Part shown: positions 1 through 11,375 of the stretch, one piece after another
Position numbering within the stretch: position 1 is the stretch's first letter
Layout of the letters: every line of letters begins with the position of its first letter
From: Paraspadella gotoi
Taxonomy: Eukaryota; Animalia; Chaetognatha
Assembly: GCA_051294375.1 (NCBI GenBank)
Contig: JBJCIZ010001674.1
Span: 1 to 64,000 of the forward strand
Direction: 5' to 3'
Length of the DNA: 64,000 bases
The notes under the pieces: generated by a model
Seen by the model: the letters and a program-made list of their open reading frames with translations, nothing else
What the model was told of the DNA's origin: nothing
Database searches by the model: none
Program-made: the position numbers and the translations under genes

Positions 1-395
1 GACCTCCCTCCAGCGCCCCGGCAAGAAGGAGGAACCCAAAACTCACGACCTTCGACCCAGACCACATCAAAGAGTGGCTCGATCGACTGAAACCCGCCGT
101 CACCGACGAACCCGCACCCCCCGATCCGCCGCAGGCGCGACCACGTGGTCGCCCGCGTCGTACCACTGCAGCCCCGCCACCGGCACCACCTCCGGAAACG
201 GAAGCGGCGCCACTCGCGTTTTCCACGACGCCGCAAATCGCTCGTCGACAATCTGCATCAATACCTGGTCTTATCAACATCCTTCGACGATGCTTCAGCC
301 GCCGGAAGATGACGAATGAAAACGATGAAAACGACGACGCAATTCAATGACTCTCAAGCCTTCTCCCCACCCGGTCAAAGGCTTGGTGGGGGATG
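1..395 (+). mobile_element. pol: 3' end of a Ty3/Gypsy pol (integrase C-terminal tail, frameshifted) plus polypurine tract
   Basis: Frame 3 reads DHIKEWLDRLKPA, like the (V)S(I/L)DRLKPA motif at the end of many Gypsy integrases. A shifted frame reads RPRGRPRR. A purine tract GGTGGGGGATG directly precedes an LTR at 396. Confidence 0.65.
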
Positions 396-625
396 TGTGG
401 ACGAACATCAAGAACACGCAACCTCGTCAACCACATGACCTTACCAAACTTACCTCGCTCAATTCCCCCAACTTATTTATGGTCAAACGTTGACCTTTAT
501 GGTCAAACGTTGACCTTTGTAAATACCATTGTAATAGACTTAGCATCTGAGCATTTTGACTGTTAATTGTTTATAACGTTGTTGAAGAATAAATTATTCT
601 TACTCTGAAACTTGTTGCGTCCACA
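396..625 (+). mobile_element. 3' LTR of a Ty3/Gypsy element (230 bp)
   Basis: Perfect 8-bp inverted ends TGTGGACG...CGTCCACA, preceded by the PPT; AATAAA near 588; internal 20-bp tandem duplication TTTATGGTCAAACGTTGACC. Confidence 0.8.
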
Positions 626-970
626 CCGGCACCTTTTAAAGCAGAACTTTAGGAAAATCCTGGAGGCTCAATTCATTCTAAATCACTTTGCCAACTTAAT
701 GCCACTGTATTGCGACTTTTGTTCTACAAATTAATTAAAAATAATATATCAACAGAAAACTTATCGAAAGAGCTGAACACGAATTTCGGGATCCAGTGAA
801 AGACCGGAGAGTGGAGAGCCGGAGCAAGACTTTCCTTTTTCTTCTTCTTTTCGGTTTTTTTTTTTTTTTCCTCCTTTCTTCCAACCCAGAAAAAAAAATC
901 GATACACCAACAATATATAAAACAATTTACAAAGTAAGTTTGTAGAGTCATCACATGCACTGTTTAATTT

Positions 971-1630
971 ATGATTAAGAAAAACGTCGAATTTGGGATC
1001 AAGTGCAGTATTTTTTTTTTCTTTTATAGAAAACCAATATTTCGATCTTATTTGACAGATCATCGTTCAGGTAAGAGTGAAGTGAGTAGAAGAAGAGAGC
1101 TAAGGAAAAGAGAGAGAGATAGAGAGAGAGCAGAGCACAAGAGAGCGGTTGACACTGGAAAGTGGGCCATTCGGGTCTGGCCCAGCATCGTCAGCACTGC
1201 TCAGCCCATTCGACTGGACACCGGACATCCTCTCACGTCCACGCATCAAAGACCCATCCAGCCTCAGCCACCACCTAAAGGTGGAAGAGGCCTTGTGGAT
1301 CAGGCGCCTCGATTGTGGCCCGGGCAGAGGCCTCAATGAAGATATGGGGTCTTATGTCAAAACCGATGCATGGAAAACCGATCCTTAATTCCCTGGGAAG
1401 AAATGAGACTAGACATTGAAACGAGGGGGGGGTGGAGGGATTTATCCCTGTTGTATTGTCTGACTCTCACCTGTTCTCTCTATCTCTCTCTCTTTTCCTT
1501 AGCTCTCTTCTTCTACTCACTTCACTCTTACCCTGAACGATGATCTGTCAAATAAGATCGAAATATTGGTTTTCTATAAAAGAAAAAAAAATACTGCACT
1601 TGATCCCAAATTCGACGTTTTCTTAATCAT
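971..1630 (+). mobile_element. Penelope-like element remnant: GIY-YIG endonuclease C-terminus between inverted pseudo-LTR copies
   Basis: Frameshifted peptide EHKRAV...FDWTPDILS...LKVEEALWIRR...LNEDMG matches the PLE GIY-YIG C-terminal pattern. About 160-bp inverted repeats at 971-1128 and 1474-1630 each carry a hammerhead-like motif. Confidence 0.75.
1530..1570 (+). ncRNA. Minimal type-I hammerhead-like ribozyme in the PLE terminal repeat (inverted copy at 1033-1072)
   Basis: ACC-CTGAACGA-T-GATCT(gtcaaata)AGATC-GAAA-TATT-GGT: stem I ACC/GGT, stem II GATCT/AGATC, short palindromic stem III. The core has one nucleotide more than CUGANGA. Confidence 0.55.
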
Positions 1631-1796
1631 TTACAAAGTAAGTTTATTAACATTCGTTGCCAATTTCCCCCCCAAGTATGTTTGTTTATTTGTTGGTTTT
1701 GTTTTGTAAAAGTTTTTTTTTCAAATTACCTAAAAAATGAATTGCTCTTGAAATTAACGTAGTACCAAAAAATCTCGACAGTATAAATTGAGCTAT

Positions 1797-2117
1797 TGTG
1801 GCAGCCTCGATCACGTGACCTTTCAAGCTCAACAACTAACAAGAAATTCTCTCTCTCCCTCTCTCTCACCCACGTGTGGCAGGAGATATAGACGACACAA
1901 GGTTGAAACAGAATGATTTTTTATTCTCTCAAAAAGTGAAAATCAATAACAAAGTGAATACTACTTCTGGTCTATATTTACAGGACAAAAGGACAAAACA
2001 TGAGGACATGTTCGGACATGGTAAAACAAAGGATAAGTCGTGAAGCCCGTTGGAGGGAGAGAGAGAATTTCTTGTTAGTTGTTGAGCTTGAAAGGTCACG
2101 TGATCGAGGCAGCCACC
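1797..2117 (-). mobile_element. Solo LTR (1875-2117) plus an inverted partial copy of its 5' end (1797-1865)
   Basis: The minus strand ends ...AATAAA...CTGCCACA. The inverted copy starts TGTGGCAG, giving TG...CA inverted ends. About 65-bp near-perfect inverted repeat. A diverged relative of its 5' end appears near 5020-5079. Confidence 0.5.
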
Positions 2118-2766
2118 CTATATTTATTTTTCAACCAATTTTACTTATTTTATTTTTTTCAAAATAATTTTCTCAGATTCCTGTTTGCAAAGAAAAATGG
2201 ACAAGTGAACATTTTTATACGGTTCAAAGGATAAACAAAGAAAAACTTTGACACATCGTCTTGCCCGATCTTCCCGTCTTTGCCAAGTTGACGAAGTAGG
2301 AAAAGTTTTCATCGGAATCGTCGATCGTGGAACAAAAAATACCGTTCAACGCCGACGAAATGGACCTGAGGCGGTCTATTCACACCGCCTCACTCGTCAT
2401 CTTTCTAATCATCTCGAGATCATCGTCAGCCTTGGAAATGCCTTTTTCGCGCCGTCGTCGTCGTCGTTCACCAAACAATGGGAATGAGGAAGGAGACGAC
2501 CTGCCTTTTCCAATTCAAGAAGTTTGGTGACTGAAAGCCAAGTTACTTGATTGATTCTCTTAATTCGAGCGTTTGGTCAAATATTTTAAGGTCAACTTTT
2601 TCTTGCGGAAACTCGCGACGTACTTTTAAGTTTCGTTTAATTATATATAGCCATAGCCAATGAAATTTAAATGCTAATGTATACAGGGTTAAAATAATCT
2701 ATGATGACCATAGATTATGAAATATTTTTTTGTAAATGTCTTTTTCTGATGCTCATTATTCATTAA

Positions 2767-3328
2767 GGCGTAGTAAATTTCTAAAATTTTAACTTTAATT
2801 AAAATTCTAATAAGTGGAACGAACAACTTATATACATGAACATTGTATGCTAATAAAAAAATTTATAATAAATTTTTACAATTTACGCCAGTGGCCATAT
2901 TTATACTAGTATCTAAACAATAAATGTTAAAATTTCAAAACAGTTTTTGTGTAGATTTTTTTCGCAGATTTGGATTGATCATAAAAAGTTGATAAAAAAG
3001 AAATATAACTCTTTTGGAAAAATTCCTTCATTAAGTGGGTCAAAAATAGAAAAAGCTATATTTAAGCTGGAAAATTTAACTTTTTTCATATATTAATATA
3101 TCAGTTTTTAATTTTTAACCCACTTGATAAGAATTTAAAAGCACATATTTTTTAAACTTAAGGAAAGTAATCTTGTCAAATAAGAAGTCCTATGAAATTT
3201 CGATTATAATAGTACTTTAGCCTACTGCGCAAAAATTAAAAAATAAAAATTTTAATTAATGTTTCACTGATGGTATGTTGTTCATAATTGACTTTTAGCT
3301 AATTTTCGTATGTAACTTTCACTACGCC
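2767..3328. mobile_element. Non-autonomous TIR element with TTAA TSD (Kolobok-like); partial second copy at about 25995-26105
   Basis: TTAA|GGCGTAGT...ACTACGCC|TTAA. The right ~105 bp recur at 25995-26105, also ending ...GCCTTAA. Confidence 0.6.
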
Positions 3329-3737
3329 TTAATCCACATTCCAATATGATGACGTCATCATTCTATTTATAGAATGGTCACTTCCGGTTCCGGTCACTTC
3401 CATCTCTTTTGTCCATTGAAAGTATTCTTAAAAATGTCTAAATATTCGTTTGAGCATGTACTCGCTCTAAATTTTTGACTCACCCCATTGAGTGCGGTTA
3501 CCCCTAGTTTAAATGACCAAAGCAGAAACAACGCTCGCCCTAAGAAACTCATTTCCAATGAGTATTTTGGAAGTATTTTCACGTTTTAAATGTGTCTCGT
3601 AATAAAAACTTTGAAACGCATACAATTTCGTTTTTCTTCTAAAACTCATGTTGGACTCTTTGGACGGGCGACATCTAGAACGTTTAAATTCCCGAGTGTA
3701 AAGAGGAAACTCTTTACAACGATTTTATTTTAATGGT

Positions 3738-3776
3738 ACAGACAAGTTTCGGCTTTCATTCAAGCTTCATCAGTGC
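3738..3776 (-). ncRNA. Minimal type-I hammerhead ribozyme motif (PLE terminal-repeat type) in a short inverted repeat spanning about 3693-3853
   Basis: Minus strand GCA-CTGATGA-A-GCTT(gaatga)AAGC-C-GAAA-C-TT-GTC-TGT: canonical core and GUC site. A truncated sister copy lies in the opposite orientation from 3779. Confidence 0.6.
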
Positions 3777-5873
3777 TTTGACAAAACTTGTCGAAGCTTG
3801 TCTGTACCATTAAAATAAAATAGTTGATGTAATAAGACTTCGTCTTTAATCTCAATAACTCAAACACAACGAAAGAAAGTATAATCACAACATCACATTG
3901 TTATATCATCAATCAAATGTACAAATTAAACAAGACAAGGTTAGCGGATTACGGAAAGACGATATCCTCAGGCGTCGGGGCATTAAGTCGCGGTGCACAG
4001 TCTCGTGGAAAATTTTATTCACGCTCTTCTCATGCAAAAATTCTTTATCTTGTGACCAAAATTTTTACTCTGTCTGATTACTAACATATGCCTTATATTC
4101 GAAAGAACATAGGCTTTTTTACCATGACTGTTTTAATCAGTAAGATCGCAAAGATAATCAAAATATGTAAAAAATCAGGCTAAAAGTAGCTTAAAACGGT
4201 GACAAAATTTCATACCATCGTCATTGTAATTAATCTGGGTTAAACTTGTTGATTAAAAAGAGTTATATTCAAACTCAATTTACAACTAGAGATCAAGAGC
4301 TATCTTTTAAACCTATTATTTTTTCATTTAAAGAAATTTAAGGCATAACAATCAACCAAATATCTCTAAATCAGAATGACAAAACAATATTGCTTTTTTC
4401 TAGTTTTTGTATTCATTTTGTGGCTGTGACTTGTTTGGCGTTTTAAGAAAGATCTAAGATACATTTTTGGGAAAAGCATCTTCTTAGAACTTGAGGTATA
4501 AATTTTTATAAAATATTTTAAAATTTAGTATACTAAAATGATTTTTTAATTAATTAAAAAGTTGAATATTTAAATTTCGAAAAAACATTTGTCTCATGGA
4601 GAATTATAAATAAGGAACTGGAGAAATATTTTGCATTTTGAAAAAATCAGATTTTTCCCAATCGATTTTGTCACAATCTGATGTTTTTATTTTTTGATTT
4701 ATTTATTTTTAATGCAAAATTATAATTCTTCGTGAGCATGGTCTGAAAAAGTTTTTTTTTTTAAATTTTTCGTTTTTCTTTTTTTTTTCTTTTGTTTTCC
4801 ATAAGTATTCAAGAGGGATTTGGAGGACAGTTTTTCTTATCTTATGTTATTGTGATCATTTGCTATTAATTTTTATGAATCATTGCTTTTAATAATAATA
4901 CTGTAATGTGTGTAATGTAATGTAAGTGAGCAAAAGTTCTGAATTGATGCAGAAACAAAGAGAAAGCGATATAGAGAGAGTGAGGCAAAGAGTGAGAGCT
5001 AGAGAGCAAAAGCTAAAGTGAGAGAGAGAATTCTGATTGTTGTTTAAGATGCGAAGGTTGCACGTTCGAGGCTATCACAAAATATTTTTTTTTCGTAACC
5101 AGGAGATGTCAGATAAGAAAGATATTTTATGTGAGTGAAAAGTGAAATCGCGGCACTGGTTAAGGAAGAAAGAGAGAGAGACAGAAAGAGAGTCAGCAAC
5201 TGTATGGACAACAAAGTGACCAACAGTAATGAACTCTATGGTAAAAACTTATCCTGAGCTCTAATTTTCAATCCAGATCATAGACTATGGATATGAATAT
5301 AATTAATAAGTAGTTGATTTATCAATAAATATATGTATTGCAGGACTACCCAAGGCCCACCTATTACTAAAATTTAAACCATAATATTCACAAATAAGGA
5401 AGTTATGTATCATTGAAAAAATGATCCATCTAAAATATTAGCACTGATAAATATGGAAAAAAACTTTTTGATAGTAACAATATTTCTACAGAAGTTTACA
5501 AACTCTCTTGAGTACAAGTTAGCAAATTTTAAGAAAAAAATTTAAAATATATTAGAGCTAAGCAAGTTTTTAAAAAAAAAATTTGACCCAATTTTTAAGT
5601 GGTTTAAGATTATTTTTTTGAAAAAATTGCTTAAATGGGCAATAGCCAGACATCCAGGCAACGTCCTATAAAATCCTAAAGCCATTTATCCTATAAAGGA
5701 AAAGTTATCCCATGTACAGATTTACGACATTCTAGGTTCCGGTACTGTAGTAAATATAAATTGAAGATTAGCTTTAGGTCAAATAAAAATCGACCGTATA
5801 TAACGAAAATAAAAAAAGTTTTTGATAAAGCTTGATGCTCTATAACTCTCAGGCGCAATTTCTAAAACATTAT

Positions 5874-8800
5874 TGTAAAGAATAGTCGTACGTTTACTGA
5901 ATAGCTGTATTGCACTGCATAGTCGTACTAGCGCTGCTTACGGCGTCGTCGATATTTGTTTATTTGAGTTGCCTAGTTACTGAAATCTTCACTACCGTTT
6001 TCAAGGCGCCGTAAGACGATTCGACGTTACGAGTTTTTGAAACAAGATTATTTTGAGGAAAAACGTAAAAATCTTTAACTGCCCAAAATGTAAGATGAAA
6101 TTGTAAAATGTAATTCGACATTGTATTTGATAAATAATATTTTTGCAGAGTTTGAACTTCACACACTCTTCACTTCACATTCTACAATAAACTACTCTTC
6201 GTTGAAACTCACGGGCATTTTAACATTTAGCTAGAATTTTTGATAGGCTTTTGTAGTGGAAATTCGGATTTCATATTCAAACTATTTAGCGAGCAAAAGG
6301 GGGGAAAATTAAAACCACTACTTAAAGCTGGCTGGACGAAGAGGGACTTTGGCCCATTGAATCCGGTTGAAATTAAACTATAACCCAGCAGATAGCCAGC
6401 GGGGCTAGCTGGGCTTCGAATAGCGCTAATAGCCTTCCGGGCTCACGCGAACGTCGAATTTTTTCTTGGTTTTTAATAAAAGGGCCGGTCTTTCGGGACT
6501 GGTGGCTAACATTCTTCGTCACCGCTGCAGCCGCCGCCGGACACGAGGACGAGGAACGCGGGCATGCAGACGTCGAAGCTGTTGATCCAGTCGCGGACAC
6601 CACATTCATCGAAATCAACAAAAGTATGGAAAGGCCTATGCCTAACGGCGATGGCGAAAGCGAGACCTTCGTAGTTAAATTAAAGGATATTTTGAAATAC
6701 GCGAAATGCAAATAAACGTATGGTTTGGGCGTTTCTTAACAAAGTAAACTTAACTTGATTTTTTGTGGGATCTTACCACTAAGCGAAGGTCGAGCTTAAG
6801 ATCTGGACACCTTTTGTCACATTTCACTGTTTTACATTATCATTTGAGACCAAACGAGTATACAAAATTAAGTTTCACGTATGTTAGGGAATTGTCCTGT
6901 TATCGTTTTGCCCGCGTCGAATACCGCGTTGTAAGTTGTAGATGAGGAGGAAATGGAAAGATTGAGCGTGCACCGCGCCGCGTCATCAAAATCATCTCGT
7001 GAGACAGTCCGTCGAAGGTTGGTACATGATCTGGAAAAAATAAAGGAAAGAAGGAATGAGATAAGAATCGAGAAAAAGAGAATGGAAATAGAAGCGGAGG
7101 AACAAAGAATGGAAAAGGAGGAAAGGATAGCGAGAGAAAAGTTGAATCGTTTAGGCGAAAATAGTGACGACGAAGACCTGTTTTCATGGAGATCCATTAC
7201 TATGCGGTCGACGACGTCGAAGCGGAGCGGACGTGTCGAGGCAGACGCCCGAGACGCCGAGGAGCACCGCCGGGAGGAGCGCCGACGTGAGGAGCGCCGC
7301 CATGAGTGCCGTTTGGAGGAGTACCGACACGAGGAGCGCCGCCGAGAGGAGCGCCGCCGGGAGGAGAGTCACCGAGCGGAGCGCCGCATTGAGGAGTGGC
7401 GACACGAGGAGCGCCGCCGGGAGGAGCGCCGCCGAGAGGAGCGCCAAATGAAGGAGTGCCGTCGAGAGGAATGCCGAGACGGAGAGGTTGGATACGGCGT
7501 GCTATTAGACGCAGAGCCATTGCCAATAATGGCACCCAAAACAATCGTCACTGCAGTAAGTGAGCAGGAAAAAGAGAACGAGGGAGAAGTGCCCGGCCAA
7601 AGATTTTTTCAACGATTTAAAGAAATGGGGAGAAAAATTCGAGAATTTTTTGCCGTAACACCATCGGAGGTTCCGCCGCAGTCCGTCACGCCGCTAGTCC
7701 CAGTGCCGTTATTTGCGCCGCCAGAGCCCATTCACAGACCTGGATCAATGCTCGTGCCAAGGCTGTCGGAGCAGAAAGTAGATCCGGAAGAAAAAGTTGC
7801 TGAAGGAAAAGTTGCTGACGACAAAGCTGAGGAAGAAGTTGCTGAAGTAGCTGAAAAGATTGAAGATGTTTCTGAGAAAGAAGTGGCTAAAGAAGTTGGC
7901 GAAAATGTCACAGAAGTCGCAGAAAAACTCGCGGAAAAAGTTGAGAGAGAAGCTGCTGGAAAAGTTGCGGAAAAAGTTGCGAGAGAAGATGCTGGAAAAG
8001 TTGCGGAGAAAGTTGTGAGAGAAGCTGCTGGAAAAGTTGCGGAAGAAGTTACTAAAGTAGCTGCTGAAGAAGCTGTCAATGGGAAAGCTGTCAAAGAGAA
8101 ACCAGTCAACCAGACAACTGCCTGTGATCAAGGAGACGTTGCAAAATCACTTCTCATCATTTGGAGTTCTTTTTTAGTCTTGCTCCCGTCTGAATCTTTT
8201 TTGACAATTCAGTTCTTAAGTCTGCTGTCTGAGCCTGACTATAAGCTGTTAAATGCCAAGGCTTTGCTGGATACGCTGTCTGACAGTGAATTACTCAATG
8301 TGTCAAGTATCAAGGTCGTCCATGTGAAAAGCGTCGGGGAGCCTCCCCCATTGCGTTCAGTTTTTTAAGTTGAAAAAATTCATACAACATGATTATGAGG
8401 ATCAGAGACAGGAAAAGTTATATGATTATGGTTCATAGCAAAACGGTTTGGATCCCATTAATTACCTCATAAAACTCACTCACTCTACTTAAAGTAAGAT
8501 TAAAGGATGCAAAGGAGCAACCACGAGATTAAAGGATATAAAATGCTGGGCTTCAAGTCAGTGAAAAAGGAAAAGGAAGAAAAAGAAAGATTTGTCAATT
8601 TGTTAGTATTAAGATGAATTTGAATTATGAAGATGAACAGAGATAAAGTTCCTTTATAAAATGTGCAAGCTTGGTCTCACAAAAGCTTAAGATGAAAATT
8701 CTGACATTGATGAAAATATTAAACAAAATAATTTAAAATCCTTGTCCAAGTTGAAGGAGAAAGACAAGGAAGTGTGAATAGGAGTAGGACTCCTATAGTT

Positions 8801-10196
8801 TGCTGCTTGGAGCAGCTGATGAAGTTCAATGCTTAAGGAAAAGGTGGTTGAACTTGCAAGTGGAAACTAAAAATTTGTGAGGGACTCACATTCAAGAGGA
8901 GTAAGAATTGTGAGTAAGAAGATATTCTGGAGTAAAAAGGTAGACTCTGGAATAATTTAAAATTCAAGAACACATTGAACAAGTTTGGATGTGTATGACA
9001 CAAAAATGAGCTGAGAGGACCTCAATAGAGGAAGAGTACAGGTCTTCTGCGGCTCAGAGACAATGATGACGAAGTAGTTTTTTCAAGTTTGTGGACCAGG
9101 TTAGCCACTTAACCTTGCAAAGGAATAAAAATTTTCATGTCAAAGACCAAGAATATAGAAAAAGTCATTTAATTGGTGCCCAGCAATTAATCCTCCAATT
9201 TTTATTATACTAGGCGATTAAGCTTTATACAAAGTTTAAAAGACAGTTAAATAAAGAGAGAAAGATACATAAATGAGTGAGGTTAAAAGAAGCTAAGATT
9301 TAGCGGCGGGCTTGTATTTGTTTTCATTGTTATTTTAAGAGGCCATAAGAAACACTAAGCAATCTAAACCAAGGTTTCTTGAGTGCAGAGAAGGGGGAGA
9401 AAGTTCCAGAAGTGAGTCAAAACAGTTAGTCCGGTCTCGAATGCACGCACATAACAGCCCGCACACTTACATGCACCCAAACGTCGGTTCCATGACAAGA
9501 TTAAAGACAAAACGAAGACGGAAGCTTAGTCCTAAGCAAAGCGTCAAGCAAGCAGAAAAGTCATCAAGCAGAGCAGAACGTCATCGAGAAAAGCAGCATC
9601 GGGCGTCAGTCCTAGCGCGTTCGTCAAGGAGCGACGCCGTGGCGCCGTGGCGTTGGAAAGAGACGAAACGAGACCCCGCCAAAGATTGTTGCGACTCATC
9701 GAGATGCGCTGAACTACATCAGAGTTCGACAAAGACGTTCCAGTTCCAATCATTCAAGGTGCGTTCCATATGGGTCGTCAAGAGTGTGTCAACCCAAAAG
9801 ATGTCACTCCGCGGAGATGGACACGTTAACCGGGGGGAGCTCGTATGCCATGGAGACGACGAAAGCGGAACGGACAACATTAACGCGGGGAGTTCGTTGT
9901 CATGGAGACGACGAAAGCCGGCGCGATTTGGGGAACACGGGGGAAATGAATCTTTGGGGATTTCGCGGGGAAATGAACTTGGGGATAAGGGGCAGTAACG
10001 CTGAAGATAAAATCACTACCCTCATCAAAATTGGCCATTGGCGGAAGACATGATTACTTGTGTATGACTATTCAGTGGTTCGTATGTTTTTTAGGTCGAA
10101 GGGTCGACCGGGGGGGAGGATGTAAAGATATAGTCGTAGCGGTCTACTGAATAGCTGTGTACTGCATTGCAATAGCCTTACTAGCGTTTACTTACG
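5874..10196 (+). mobile_element. Degenerate, non-autonomous BEL/Pao-like LTR element; 3' LTR truncated at the next element
   Basis: LTR starts TGTAAAGA(T)ATAGTCGTA at 5874 and 10121 are clearly related. PPT GGGGGGGAGGA at 10110-10120. Eroded pol-like traces, e.g. NWPLAE near 10030 resembling the BEL WPLGR motif. Confidence 0.6.
6953..8368 (+). CDS. 471-aa gag-N-terminus-like coiled-coil, repetitive protein of the degenerate BEL-like element
   Basis: Intact ORF in the gag position. Ser-rich start, E/K/R coiled coil, HxxEERRREERR repeats and VAEKV repeats; no zinc knuckle. Confidence 0.55.
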   Translation: MERLSVHRAASSKSSRETVRRRLVHDLEKIKERRNEIRIEKKRMEIEAEEQRMEKEERIAREKLNRLGENSDDEDLFSWRSITMRSTTSKRSGRVEADARDAEEHRREERRREERRHECRLEEYRHEERRREERRREESHRAERRIEEWRHEERRREERRREERQMKECRREECRDGEVGYGVLLDAEPLPIMAPKTIVTAVSEQEKENEGEVPGQRFFQRFKEMGRKIREFFAVTPSEVPPQSVTPLVPVPLFAPPEPIHRPGSMLVPRLSEQKVDPEEKVAEGKVADDKAEEEVAEVAEKIEDVSEKEVAKEVGENVTEVAEKLAEKVEREAAGKVAEKVAREDAGKVAEKVVREAAGKVAEEVTKVAAEEAVNGKAVKEKPVNQTTACDQGDVAKSLLIIWSSFLVLLPSESFLTIQFLSLLSEPDYKLLNAKALLDTLSDSELLNVSSIKVVHVKSVGEPPPLRSVF

Positions 10197-10197
10197 A

Positions 10198-10600
10198 TGT
10201 AATTTGGTCCCGGGCGCTGAGCCTCGCGTTCTTGCTAACGATCAATACAACCGACGTAACCAAACAAACCATTTATTGAGGAACCATATGTCGTAACAAA
10301 GTTAAAACCTATAATAAATCAAATATATCAACTATAATTCCTATTTTTATACTACAATTTACTGTAACCGTACATCTTTTGGTTCCCGCTTTCGACCAAA
10401 TATCATCTCGAAAAATACTATTATTTAAAGAAAGTCAAAAAAATCATTTCTCTCAGCAAAAATCCGATGCCCGCGCCTTCGTCTCCCAAATTCGGTATGC
10501 GCCGTTTCTTCTTCCGCGGCGCTAATTGGCGTCGCAACGTAATGAATTTTCATGCCCGGCGCCGCGTCCGCGCCGCCGCATTGGCTCGCCTGTCTTTACA
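10198..10600 (-). repeat. 3' LTR of the BEL/Pao element (end slightly truncated)
   Basis: Direct repeat of 19939-20356; preceded on minus by TTGGGGGGAG. Confidence 0.9.
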
Positions 10601-10773
10601 CTCCCCCCAATTTCCCGAAATTCCACTCTGTCGGCCAACTGTGGCGGCGCTGTCCGGCGCCTCCTCCCCCCGTAAAGCTGCGTCGTCTGCGTCAGAGTCC
10701 GCTGCACTGCTCCGCTCGACCCGGCGACCGTCCTCTCGACGACTGTGATTTCGTCTCATTCACCGCCGCCGCA

Positions 10774-11003
10774 GCGCCGGCTGCTTCCAACGGCCGGCAC
10801 TGACTCTCTGCCGCCGTGCCGACTACTTCCAAAGGTCGGCACTGGCTTTCTGCTGCGGCGCCGACTGCTTCCAAAGTCAACGCTCACCCCATTATTTCAT
10901 GATTTCTGTATACTCACAGTGTTGTCGACGCCGACCGTTTCCAAGAACCGGCGCCGTCTCGATAATAATAATAATAAACACCGGTCGTTTCCAAATACCG
11001 GCG
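10774..11003 (-). promoter_or_regulatory. Array of five GC-rich RNA hairpins with conserved UUGGAA loops in the BEL 3' UTR
   Basis: TTCCAA at 10785, 10827, 10869, 10939 and 10989, each flanked by 7-9-bp complementary arms with G-U pairs on the minus (sense) strand. Confidence 0.7.
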
Positions 11004-11104
11004 CCGCCGTCGAAACCAAATACTTTTTCCTCCCCCCGTTTCGCTCGGGGGCGAAGGTATTTTATAATTTATAATCAACATGCTCCAATAATAGGTAGTA
11101 ATTG

Positions 11105-11190
11105 ATTACATAGTATAGCAGTTCATATTCAATGTGATTACATAGTATAATGATTCATATCCAATGTGATTACATAATATAACGATTCAA
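11105..11190. repeat. About 32-bp tandem repeat, 2.7 copies (GATTACATAGTATA...CAATGT)
   Basis: GATTACATA recurs at about 11104, 11136 and 11168. Confidence 0.7.
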
Positions 11191-11375
11191 TGGCTGTTCT
11201 ATGTAGTTTATCGCGAATGATCGGGTCAGTTTTGGTTTCTATTTGAACAACAATACGTTTATATTTTTATTAATTTCAACTCGGTAACTCCAGAACAATA
11301 ATTTTTAATTTTAAAAATAATTAAAATAAAATAACAGGTGAGTGTGTGTGTATGTTTGTTATAGTTTACCGCGAC

